A stretch of DNA of 61,538 nucleotides, the filler included, from Nemertoderma westbladi (lineage: Eukaryota > Animalia > Xenacoelomorpha), in the NCBI GenBank assembly GCA_032718475.1. It is 4 parts of 4 records of this genome, joined end to end, with 100 filler letters (N's around TTAATTAATTAA, not from the genome) between each part and the next. Parts side by side here need not be neighbours in the genome. Positions count along the whole stretch, not along the records: positions 35,745 to 51,170 come from JAUCBJ010008328.1; 3 more parts are not named here. The stretch is one strand, 5' to 3'. Numbering within the stretch: position 1 is the stretch's first letter; every line of letters starts with the position of its first letter. The notes under the pieces are model-generated. The model saw only the letters and a program-made list of their open reading frames with translations, searched no databases and was not told where the DNA came from. This document shows, piece after piece, positions 37,513 through 49,869 of the stretch. The position numbers and the translations under genes are program-made.

Positions 37513-39611
37513 GGCTCTACTCTAATCCAGGGCTATACTGCCTTTACAGAAGCAGTTAAGTTAGCAGCTGCAGAAACAGTTCCTGTATACCCTCGAAACA
37601 GGAAAAGGGCCCCCTGGACTGACAACAAAATTCAGAAGTGCCGAAATGACCTTCATAAGGCGCAGAAAGAGTCCCGACTCAAACAGACTACAGCGGCCAA
37701 GAATGCAGTTAAAGCTGCATCTAGGTCCCTGAACAGGCAGTACTCTGTTAATCTACAGGAGCTAATAAACCAACAGGTTGATGCCATCAATGATGCTGAC
37801 GACAGCAGGCAATCATCCCAGGCATGGAAATCGATCAATCTGCTTACTGGGCGGAAAAGCCAACCAACCACCAAGGTTAAGGCTGAATCACCAGCCGATC
37901 GCCTCAATGGTTGGAAAGCCCACTTTGAAAAGCTCCTCAACAATGACAGGGTATTGCCTGATAACTTTATAGAAGTAAAAGTGTCTGAGTCTGTACTCCC
38001 AGATATTCCCATTGGCGATATCTCCTTTGCAGAAGTGAAGGCTGCTGCAAAGAGCATTAAGACCAATCGTGCCAGTGGAGTAGATGGTGTTCCCCCTGAG
38101 GTCTTTAAAATACCTGAGTGTTTAAAGCTCATCTATCCCATCATAGTAGACATGTACCGAACAACAAGAGTCCCACAAGAAATGAAAACAAATAAGTTGG
38201 TGCCAGTTCCCAAGAAGGGCAACCTAACACTCTATGGTTCTTTTCGGGGAATCTCATTGATCTCGATTGCTGCAAAGCTATACAATAGGATTCTATTAAA
38301 TCGCATCAGGGATCCCATTGAGAGACTGCTCCGTGGAAATCAGAATGGGTTCCGTAAAGGTCGTGGGACCATGGAGCCCATTTTGGCACTTAGAAGGATA
38401 ATTGAAGAATTATCAAAAAAGAAAGACAGGCATCTGGCTGTTATCTTTGTTGACTTCTTCAAGGCCTTTGATTCAGTCTCTCGCTCACGTATGTTCAGCA
38501 TACTTTCATTATATGGGATTCCTGATGAAATTATTGCAGCAATCAGATCAGTATACGATGGTTCGACAACATTTGTGTCTACTGTTGACGGTGACACAGA
38601 ACCATTTGAAGTGTTATGGGGCGTCCTCCAAGGAGACACACTTGCACCATTCTTGTTCATTATTGTGGTTGACTATGTTCTACGCATGTCCTTAGATCAT
38701 CATAATGATGATGGGGTGATGATAACTCCACCTACTGGCTCCAGAAGTCGAGGAAATCCTGCCAAGTACCTAACTGATCTAGACTTTGCTGATGACTTAG
38801 GAGTACTCTCAGAATCATTAGACGGAGCCCAACGGCTCCTCAGCTCATTAGAACATGCTGCTTCTAGTGTTGGTCTTTTTATTAACTCCAGAAAGACCAA
38901 AATTCTGACCGTTAACTTTGAAAGTCATCAGCAAGTCTCTGATCGGATGAGCATAAGCTCAAAGGATGGTATGCTTGAGCATGTGGACGACTTCTGTTAC
39001 CTGGGATCATGGATCCGGAAGTCAGGTGAGGACCTTCGAATACGTAAGGGAAAGGCATGGGCAGCCTTGAATAGGCTTTCCAGGATTTGGAAGTCACCGA
39101 GAATTAATCGGAAACTTAAGGTCCGATTATTTAGAGCAGCAGTAGTTCCAGTACTCCTCTACGGGAGTCCATGCTGGGCTCTAACTGCTGAGGACACCAA
39201 ATCTCTGGATGGCACATTCACAAGAATGCTACGCCGGGTTCATTGTGTCAAGTACAATGCACACATCTCCAACCAGACACTATATAACATTGGAGGTGTC
39301 TCATTGGTTCCCCCAAGCTTGACACTAGAACAAAATCGCCTCCGCTTTGCAGGACATTGCTTTCGCCGTGAGGACCAGCCAGTGCATAATCTTGTACTTT
39401 GGCAGCCTCATGGAGTGAATAAGCATGGTGGACAGCCCATGACTTTCTTGAGACGCATCTTAAAGGACACTGGCCTTAAAGATGCGGATGATCTAGCAAA
39501 TGTCATGGGTGATAGGGAGTTGTGGCGGTGCAATTTTGTTGACAAGCCGGCACAGCATTCTTAAAAATGCAGCTGCAATGCAGCATGCCGATCCTAGTAG
39601 TAGTAGTAGTA
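37513..39611 (+). mobile_element. 5'-truncated RTE-clade LINE with an open RT frame (ORF 37489-39564) and (TAG)n tail
   Basis: PVPKKGNL..FRGISL, NQNGFR, FVDFFKAFDS, GVLQGDTLAPFLF, DLDFADDL, FCYLGS, RLRFAGHC, DRELWR. No APE domain. Short 3' UTR, then TAGTAGTAGTAGTAG. Confidence 0.92.
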
Positions 39612-40089
39612 GGAACAGTAGCTGGCGAATTGATAAATATTATATTATCGACATTATAATTGGCAACAGCAATTTCGTTGATAGATTCCCACAGTTCTTA
39701 TCAGGTTCCGCAGAGCATGTGAAAAAAATTAAGCCTTTAAATATTACAAAATAGCAAACTTTCCAGAATCATGAAACATCGGAATAAAAACAAAGGCTTC
39801 TACTGTACTTCTTAGCTGTGTCATGGAATGCAATGGGAGGCAGCTACACTAACTCACAAGATTGAATACTCATTCCAGCTTGTAACTAACTATTCGATGA
39901 TCCACGCCGTTAATTTCCAATGAGCTGTAATGAGCAATATACTGTAAGCCCGACTAACAGTAACCTGCTCCGCTATCTTCTCTGCGATTTGGTCTATTGA
40001 CAATAGACCAAATCAAATTTTTACCAGTTTCACTACTTGTGGGACAGAATTTGGGAATGGGACAATAGTTGAGAGAGAGATGTATAATT

Positions 40090-43000
40090 ATGTTGGTAGT
40101 GGGATAGATGTTGGGAGTGGGATGGGGTTGGGAGTGGGATGGGGTTGGGAGTGGGTTGGAGGTTGGGATGGGGTTGGGAGTGGGATGGGGGTTGGGAGTG
40201 GGTTTGAGGTTGGGATGGGGTTGGGAGTGGGATGGGGTTGGGAGTGGGATGGGGTTGAGAGTGGGATGGGGTTGGGAGTGGGTTGGAGTTTGGGATGGGG
40301 TTGGGAGTGGGATGGGGGTTGGGAGTGGGTTTGAGGTTGGGATGGGGTTGGGAGTGGGATGGGGTTGGGAGTGGGATGGGGTTGAGAGTGGGATGGGGTT
40401 GGGAGTGGTTTGGAGGTTGGGATGGGGTTGGGAGTGGGATGGGGATGGGAGTGGGATGGGGTTGGGAGTGGGATGGGGTTGGGAGTGGGTTGGAGGTTGG
40501 GATGGGGTTGGGAGTGGGATGGGGATTGGGATGGGGTTGGGAGTGGGTTGGAGGTTGAGATGGGGTTCGGAGTGGGATGGGGTTGGGAGTGGGATGGGGT
40601 TGGGAGTGGGTTGGAGGTTGGGATGGGGTTGGGAGTGGGATGGGAGTGGGATGGGGTTGGGAGTCGGTTGGAGGTTGGGATGGGGTTGGGAGTGGGATGG
40701 GGTTGGGAGTGGGATGGGGGTTGGGATGTGGTTGGGAGTGGGATGGGGGTTGGGAGTGGGATGGGGTTGGGAGTGAGATGGGGTTGGGAGTGGGTTGGGG
40801 GTTGGGAGTGGGATGGGGTTGGGAGTGGGATGGGGGTTGGGATGGGGTTGGGAGTGGGATGGGGGTTGGGAGTGGGATGGGGTTGGGAGTGGGATGGGGG
40901 ATGGGATGAGGTTGGGAGTGGGATGGGGGTTGGGATGGGGATGGGGTTGGGAGTGGGATGGAGGTTGGGGTGGGGTTGGGAGTGGGATGGGGGTTGGGAG
41001 TGGGATGGGGTTGGGAGTGGGATGGGGGTTGGGATGGGGTTGGGAGTGGGATGGGGGTTGGGAGTGGGATGGGGGATGGGATGGGGTTGGGAGTGGGATG
41101 GGGGTTGGGATGGGGTTGGGAGTGGGATGGGGTGGGGTTGGGAGTGGGATGGGGGTTGGGAGTGGGATGGGGTTGGGAGTGGGATGGGGGTTGGGATGGG
41201 GTTGGGAGTGGGATGGGGGTTGGGAGTGGGATGGGGTTGGGAGTGGGATGGGATGGGGTTAGGAGTGGGATGGGGTTGGGATGGGGTTGTGAGTGGGATG
41301 GGGTTGGGATTGGGATGGAGGTTGGGAGGGGGATGGGGTTGGGAGTGGGATGGAGTTGGGAGTGGGATGGAGGTTAGGAGTGGATTGAGAGTTGGATGTT
41401 GGGAGTGGGATGGGGTTCGGAGTGGGATGGGGTTAGGATTGGGATGGAGGTTGGGACTGGGATGGGGTTGGGATGGGGTTGGGAGTGGGATGGGGTTGGC
41501 AGTGGGATTGAAGTTGGGAGTGGGATGGAGGTTCGGAGTGGGATGGGATGGGGTTGGGAGTGGGATGGAGGTTGGGCGTGGGATGGGGGTTGGGATGGGA
41601 TTGGGAGTGGGATGGATGTTGGGAGTGGGATGAGGCTGGGTGTGGGATGGGGTTGGCAGTGGGATTGAGGTTGGGAGTGGGATGGAGGTTGGGAGTGGGA
41701 TGGGGTTGGGAGTGGGATGGGGTTGGGAGTGGGATGGAGGTTGGGAGTGGGATGGGGGTTGGGATGGGATTGGGAGTGGGATGGATGTTGGGAGTGGGAT
41801 GAGGCTGGGTGTGGGATGGGGTTGGCAGTGGGATTGAGGTTGGGAGTGGGATGGAGGTTGGTAGTGGGATGGGGTTGGGAGTGGGATGGAGGTTGGGAGT
41901 GGGATGGGGGTTTGGAGAAGGATGGAGGTTGGGAGTGGGATGGGGGTTGGGAGTGGGATGAATGTTGGCAGTGGGATGGAGGTGGGGAGTGGGAGGGGGG
42001 TTGGGAGTGGGATGGGGTTGGGAGTGGGATGGATGTTGGGTGTGGGATGGGAGTGGGATGGAGTTTGGGAGTGGGATGGAGGTTGGGAGTGGGATGGGGT
42101 TGGGAGTGGGATGGATGTTGGGAATGGGATGGGTATGGGAGTGGGATGGAGGTTGGGAGTGGGATGGAGGTTGCGAGTGGGATGGAGGTTGGGAGTGGGA
42201 TAGGGTTGGGAGTGGGATGGATGTTGGGAATGGGATGGGGTTGGGAGTGGGATGGGTTTGGGAGTGGGATGGAGGTTGGGAGTGGGATGGAGGTTGGGAG
42301 TGGGATAGGGTTGGGAGTGGGATGGGAGTGGGATAGGGTTGGGAGTGGGATAGGGTTGGGAGTGGGATGGGAGTGGGATGGTGGTTGGGATGCGGTTGGG
42401 AGTGGGATGGATGTTGGGAGTGGGATGGGGTTGGGATGGGGTTGGAAGTGGGATGGAGGTTGGAAGTGGGATGGAGGTTGGGAGTGGGATGGATGTTGGG
42501 AGTGGGATGGGGTTGGGAATGGGATGGGGTTGGGAGTGGGATGGGAGTTGGGATAGGGTTGAGAGTGGGATGTATGTTGGGAGTGGGATGGGGTTGGGAA
42601 TGGGATGGGAGTGGGATGGAGGTTGGGAGTGGGGTGGAGGTAGGGAGTGGGATGGATGTTGGCTGTGGGATGGAGGTTGGGAGTGGGATGGAGGTTGGGA
42701 GTTGGATGGGGTTGGGAGTGGGATGGGAATTGGGATAGGGTTGAGAGTGGGATGTATGTTGGGAGTGGGATGGGGTTGGGAATGGGATGGGAGTGGGATG
42801 GAGGTTGGGAGTGGGGTGGAGGTAGGGAGTGGGATGGATGTTGGCTGTGGGATGGAGGTTGGGAGTGGGATGGATGTTGGGAATGGGATGGGGTTGGGAG
42901 TGGGATGGGTTTGGGAGTGGGATGGAGGTTGGGAATGGGATGGGGTTGGGAGTGGGATGTGGTTGGGAGTGGGATGAGGCTGGGTGTGGGATGGGGTTGG

Positions 43001-44240
43001 CAGTGGGATTGAGGTTGGGAGTGGGATGGAGGTTGGTAGTGGGATGGGGTTGGGAGTGGGATGGGGTTGGGAGTGGGATGGAGGTTGGGAGTGGGATGGG
43101 GGTTTGGAGTAGGATGGAGGTTGGGATTGGGATGGGGTTGGGAGTGGGATGAATGTTGGCAGTGGGATGGAGGTGGGGAGTGGGAGGGGGGTTGGGAGTG
43201 GGATGGGGTTGGGAGTGGGATGGATGTTGGGTGTGGGATGGGAGTGGGATGGAGTTTGGGAGTGGGATGGAGGTTGGGAGTGGGATGGGGTTGGAAGTGG
43301 GATGGATGTTGGGAATGGGATGGGTTTGGGAGTGGGATGGAGGTTGGGAGTGGGATGGAGGTTGTGAGTGGGATGGGGTTGGGAGTGGGATGGATGTTGG
43401 GAATGGGATGGGGTTGGGAGTGGGATGGGTTTGGGAGTGGGATGGAGGTTGGGAGTGGGATGGAGGTTGTGAGTGGGATAGGGTTGGGAGTGGGATGGAT
43501 GTTGGGAATGGGATGGGGTTGGGAGTGGGATGGGTTTGGGAGTGGGATGGAGGTTGGGAGTGGGATGGAGGTTGTGAGTGGGATGGGGTTGGGAGTGGGA
43601 TAGGGTTGGGAGTGGGATGGAGGTTGGGAGTGGGATGGAGGTTGGGAGTGGGATAGGGTTGGGAGTGGGATGGGAGTGGGATGGGGTTGGAAGTGGGATG
43701 GAGGTTGGGAGTGGGATGGATGTTGGGAGTGGGATGGGGTTGGGAATGGGATGGGGTTGGGAGTGGGATGGGAGTTGGGATAGGGTTGAGAGTGGGATGT
43801 ATGTTGGGAGTGGGATGGGGTTGGGAATGGGATGGGGTTGGGAGTGGGATGGAGGTTGGGAGTGGGGTGGAGGTAGGGAGTGGGATGGATGTTGGCTGTG
43901 GGATGGAGGTTGGGAGTGGGATGGAGGTTGGGAGTTGGATGGGGTTGGGAGTGGGATGGGGTTGGGAGTGGGATGGAGGTTGGGAGTGGGGTGGAGGTAG
44001 GGAGTGGGATGGATGTTGGCTGTGGGATGGAGGTTGGGAGTGGGATGGAGGTTGGGAATGGGATGGGGTTGGGAGTGGGATGGAGGTTGGGAGTGGGGTG
44101 GAGGTAGGGAGTGGGATGGATGTTGGCTGTGGGATGGAGGTTGGGAGTGGGATGGAGGTTGGGAATGGGATGGGGTTGGGAGTGGGATGTGGTTGGGAAT
44201 GGGATGGGGTTGGGAGTGGGATGGAGGTTGGGAGTTGGAT
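40090..44240. repeat. 4.1-kb G-rich degenerate satellite based on GGGAGTGGGATGG(G/A)G(G)TT (17-18 bp)
   Basis: Almost no C on the + strand; regular GGG tracts. Confidence 0.97.
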
Positions 44241-44572
44241 TAATTTGTGAAAAATTTGACTAGTACGCGCTAATCCTCGACACCTCGTCAGCTGGACAGG
44301 GAATTAGCCAAGCCTATCTATAATGCACCAATGACCTAATATAATCGCACCATCAACTCTGTTACCACCTAGCCCAAACAGAACACAGGAACCCTATAGG
44401 CCTATGGTAAGTAAATATGTTACCAATGTAAAACTGGTAGAGTGCTAGGGCACACACACAGTACAAAATTTGTATAAGATTTTATGATTTGCAGTAATGT
44501 CGGTATTGTGCTCCACTTTCATAAGATGATAATTGATGTTAACGACATACTGACTAACAGGGGGGTTGGTAT

Positions 44573-44793
44573 GTATGTATATATTAAATTAAATGAACGG
44601 AAGAACAGGAGTCTTACACCCCCAATAAAAAATATAGAATCAGGACATTTAGCCCAAAATATACTTCTCGACCCGTAGGGACATCGATGAACAACAAACA
44701 CACAGTGATGTACAGTATAATGCACAGTCTATATTTTTAATTGGGGGTGTAAGACTCCTGTTCTTCCTTTCATTTAATTTAATATATCCATAC
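44573..44793. mobile_element. MITE with 66-bp terminal inverted repeats
   Basis: 44573-44638 pairs with 44728-44793 with about 3 mismatches. Confidence 0.85.
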
Positions 44794-45111
44794 TTCAATG
44801 GCATGGCCGGCCTGCTGAAATTTATATTTACGCGTCAGCATGGTACTGCTACTGTGTACTTATAATGTAAATTAGTTATGTAATTAGTGCTAAAAGCTCT
44901 TTCAATTTTTCAGATAAAATCAGATAGAGGGAATATCGACACAAAAAAATTCGTCCCTCTTCGTGAGAAAATCGACGCAAATAACAGCTGATTACTTCCA
45001 AAAATAAAACTGTAACCGGTTCTAAAGACTTTAGTTTATTGTTTGGTTAGAATAACGTGCCACTGTGACCTGCTCCTTTCCCTAAATTGATAATTGAACA
45101 ATGAGGGAAAA

Positions 45112-46784
45112 GTACACTCCCTATATAGGAATGGTTGTAGTACACTCCATATATGGAATGGTTGTGGTACACTCCCTGTATGGAATGGTTGTGGTACACT
45201 CCCTATATGGAACGGTTGTGGTACACTCCCTATATGGATTGGTTGTGGTACACTCCCTATATGAAATGGTTGTGGTACACTCCCTGTATGGAATGGTTGT
45301 GGTACACTCCCTATATGGAATGGTTGTGGTACACTCCCTATATGGAATGGTTGTGGTACACTCCCTATATGGAATGGTTGTGGTACACTCCCTATATGGA
45401 ATGGTTGTAGTACACTCCCTGTATGGAATGGTTGTGGTACACTCCCTGTATGGAATGGTTGTGGTACACTCCCTGTATGGAATGGTTGTGGTACACTCCC
45501 TGTATGGAATGGTTGTGGTACACTCCCTGTATGGAATGGTTGTAGTACACTCCCTGTATGGAATGGTTGTGGTACACTCCCTGTATGGAATGGTTGTGGT
45601 ACACTCCCTGTATGGAATGGTTGTGGTACACTCCCTGTATGGAATGGTTGTGGTACACTCCCTGTATGGAATGGTTGTGGTACACTCCCTATATGGAATG
45701 GTTGTGGTACACTCCCTATATGGAATGGTTGTGGTACACTCCCTATATGGAATGGTTGTAGTACACTCCCTGTATGGAATGGTTGTGGTACACTCCCTGT
45801 ATGGAATGGTTGTGGTACACTCCCTGTATGGAATGGTTGTGGTACACTCCCTGTATGGAATGGTTGTGGTACACTCCCTGTATGGAATGGTTGTGGTACA
45901 CTCCCTATATGGAATGGTTGTGGTACACTCCCTATATGGAATGGTTGTGGTACACTCCCTATATGGAATGGTTGTAGTACACTCCCTGTATGGAATGGTT
46001 GTGGTACACTCCCTGTATGGAATGGTTGTGGTACACTCCCTGTATGGAATGGTTGTGGTACACTCCCTGTATGGAATGGTTGTGGTACACTCCCTATATG
46101 GAATGGTTGTGGTACACTCCCTATATGGAATGGTTGTGGTACACTCCCTGTATGGAATGGTTGTGGTACACTCCCTATATGGAATGGTTGTGGTACACTC
46201 CCTATATGGAATGGTTGTGGTACACTCCCTGTATGGAATGGTTGTGGTACACTCCCTATATGGAATGGTTGTGGTACACTCCCTATATGGAATGGTTGTA
46301 GTACACTCCCTGTATGGAATGGTTGTGGTACACTCCCTGTATGGAATGGTTGTGGTACACTCCCTGTATGGAATGGTTGTGGTACACTCCCTGTATGGAA
46401 TGTTTGTGGTACACTCCCTATATGGAATGGTTGTGGTACACTCCCTATATGGAATGGTTGTGGTACACTCCCTATATGAAATGGTTGTGGTACACTCCAT
46501 ATATGGAATGGTTGTGGTACACTCCCTATATGGAATGGTTGTGGTACACTCCCTATATGGAATGGTTGTGTTACACTCCATATATGGAATGGTTGTGGTA
46601 CACTCCCTGTATGGAATGGTTGTGGTACACTCCCTATATGGAATGGTTGTGGTACACTCCCTGTATGGAATGGTTGTGGTACACTCCCTATATGGAATGG
46701 TTGTGGTACACTCCCTATATGGAATGGTTGTGGTACACTCCCTATATGGAATGGTTGTGGTACACTCCCTATTTGGAATGGTTG
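45112..46784. repeat. 27-bp minisatellite (GTACACTCCCTRTATGGAATGGTTGTG)n, about 62 copies
   Basis: 9-aa periodicity in all overlapping ORFs. Confidence 0.97.
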
Positions 46785-47139
46785 CGCACGGAATGTGAGC
46801 GGAAATACTAGTTCCAATCAGCGACACACCAAAGAAGTCGTAAATTCCAAATCAAAAACATCGAAAACGTCAGGTACCAAGAATTCCCGATCCCATAGAG
46901 AATAAGGAATTAATTTTACTAAAATATTTCTAAAACCGACTCCGATACAATTTGTTATTGTTAAACATTCTTTTGCAAATCTGTAGGCTAAATCAGATAA
47001 GTCAATAAAAAACAGAAATAAAAAAAAAGAAAATATAAAACATGTCTACAAAGCAGTAAAAGATAAAAATAAAACATTTATATTTTAACTATAAATTTGT
47101 TGTATAATCTGACACCTCACAATCACAATCAATGATTGT

Positions 47140-47350
47140 CAATCAATCAATCAATCAATTTTATTTACACCTCGGTGTGCAACCAACGCTTTACCATTGA
47201 TTATTTATTATGAACAATAATTACTGTATTATACGACAATATCTCTCATATTTCCAACCCCGACAGCAGGGTCTGTCCAACGGGGTGACTCCAGACTATG
47301 GAGTGAGAGACTTAACCTAAAAGTCATAATAATAGACAGACCTCAGACAA
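47140..47350 (-). mobile_element. Possible LINE/SINE 3' end with a (TTGA)n tail
   Basis: Reverse strand ...GTAAATAAAATTGATTGATTGATTGATTG, preceded by short hairpins. Confidence 0.3.
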
Positions 47351-48805
47351 CGCGAGTCGATTGATTAACACGTAGAGAAGAATAAGAATAACCCAATGAT
47401 TGAAGGAAGCGACAGTTAGCCGGCTCATTTCATTATTTTTTATAATAAATTGTGTATATAAGATTATATAGACAGTTTAACTGAATCAATTATAATATTA
47501 TTATAAACAGCGGGTTGACAATTGAAATGACAACATTACCTATAATATTTCTGTAAGACATTATTACTAGTAGTGTTACTCAACTAATAAGTAGTTTGCA
47601 CCAAAGACATCAGTTCGGGGGGAACAGGCAGACACAGTAAATAAATATCACAAAAAAACAAAACTACATTATAAATTCTAGAAGTTGGTATATAATCTTA
47701 AAATAAAATAAACATAATACAACTTAAACAACAGTTAACTGTAATACTGCAGGTCGACAGTGAAAAATTAGAAAGTGTGCGAATAGGGATTGAACCAGGG
47801 CCATTCGGCTCACGTATCTCATTTGCACAAACTGCAATCAATCAATTGCTTGATATATTTATAAAGATTTTCATAATATATTTTTATATTTTGGTTGGAA
47901 CTACTGACACATATTTGGCAAATTGCACTGCACGTTAGATATTAATAGTTTTTATAAGTAATGGAAATGTGGAATTAGAAACTAAAAAAAATTACATTGG
48001 GGTATCGATATAATTACACTTCAGGCTATGCAATCAGTAAAGTATAAGATCTTGTAGAAATTAGTTACTGCAAAAAGATAATATAGAATTATTTCAGTAG
48101 AATTATCTTACACTATCAATAATGTGTATTATAAAGTGCACTTTATTACGCAACACAAGAAATAAATTAGAAAGTAAGCCAAAAATTATAAATACATGAT
48201 ATGATGCCTTAGGCATAATATAGAATTGCACGGTTTCTGCTGCGTACTGGCGTAAATACGTGCAAAAAAGCAGCTAAGTGATAAAAAAAACCAACAGAAC
48301 GTATTTATAAATGAATTTAGACGAGCTTTAATGCATAATATCGGTCTGTAAGCCAACTCTCATGACAAAGGGCACTAAAACAAAACAAAACGCAATGAGC
48401 ACAAATTATGTATTTATTCTAACTATCGCAATAATAAAACATAAAAAAAACATACACAACGTAAGAAAATACGAACAGATAATAATTATTAATTAATAAT
48501 AATAAACCTTTGCACTCCAATATTCGATTGTAGTTATTTGTCCCACGCGCCATCTTGAGGCAGCACCTTGAATTTAACCGATATAACACTTTAGAAATAA
48601 ACTGTTTTAACAATGCGCGAAACTTTATCTATTCCAGTCGAGTTAAATTTATGTAAGTTTTCAAGGCAAATCAATATAATTTACAAGTGTGTGCGTAGAT
48701 AAATGTAATAGGAGGAAGTATTTATTCTCAAAGTGTCACACTAGTGCCCCTAGTATTAACAGCAAATAATATACAACATTATCTATTCTATCACAGTCTA
48801 AATTG

Positions 48806-49869
48806 CAACAATGTTTGCGTTAGGCCTACAATGTTAGCGCTAGGCCTACAATGTTAGCGTTAGGCCTACAATGTTAGCGTTAGGCCTACAATGTTAGCGT
48901 TAGGCCTACAATGTTAGCGTTAGGCCTACAATGTAGCGATAGGCCTACAATGTTAGCGCTAGGCCTACAATGTTAGCGTTAGGCCTACATTGTTAGGGTT
49001 AGGCCTACAATGTTAGCGCTAGGCCTACAATGTTAGCGTTAGGCCTACAATGTTAGCGTTAGGCCTACAATGTTAGCGTTAGGCCTACAATGTTAGCGTT
49101 AGGCCTACAATGTTAGCGTTAGGCCTACAATGTTAGCGATAGGCCTACATTGTTAGCGTTAGGCCTACATTGTTAGCGCTAGGCCTACATTGTTAGCGCT
49201 AGGCCTACAATGTTAGCGCTAAGCCTACAATGTTAGCGTTAGGCCTACAATGTTAGCGATAGCCCTACATTGTTAGCGTTAGGCCTACATTGTTAGCGCT
49301 AGGCCTACAATGTTAGCGCTAGGCCTACAATGTTAGCGTTAGGCCTACAATGTTAGCGATAGGCCTACATTGTTAGCGCTAGGTCTACAATGTTAGCGTT
49401 AGGCCTACAATGTTAGCGATAGGCCTACATTGTTAGCGTTAGGCCTACATTGTTAGCGCTAGGCCTATATTGTTAGCGTTAGGCCTACATTGTTAGCGCT
49501 AGGCCTACAATGTTAAGGTTAGGCCTACATTGTTAGCGATAGGCCTACATTGTTAGCGTTAGGCCTACATTGTTAGCGCTAGGCCTACAATGTTAGCGAT
49601 AGGCCTACATTGTTAGCGTTAGGCCTACATTGTTAGCGCTAGGCCTATATTGTTAGCGTTAGGCCTACATTGTTAGCGCTAGGCCTACAATGTTAAGGTT
49701 AGGCCTACATTGTTAGCGCTAGGCCTACATTGTTAGCGTTAGGCCTACATTGTTAGCGCTAGGCCTACAATGTTAAGGTTAGGCCTACATTGTTAGCGAT
49801 AGGCCTACATTGTTAGCGCTAGGCCTACAATGTTAAGGTTAGGCCTACAATGTTAAGGTTAGGCCTACA
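48806..49869. repeat. 20-bp minisatellite (TAGGCCTACAWTGTTAGCGH)n, about 53 copies
   Basis: Tandem repeat built on the palindrome TAGGCCTA. Confidence 0.97.

Noticed and set aside
40080-44250. Gly/Trp-rich ORFs; telomere or telomerase-like product of the neighbouring RT
   Set aside because: ORFs occur in all three frames of a low-complexity repeat, the unit is not TTAGGG, and it is separated from the RTE's own (TAG)n tail by about 480 bp.
45036-46827. 565-593-aa ORFs on both strands
   Set aside because: Translation of a 27-bp satellite.
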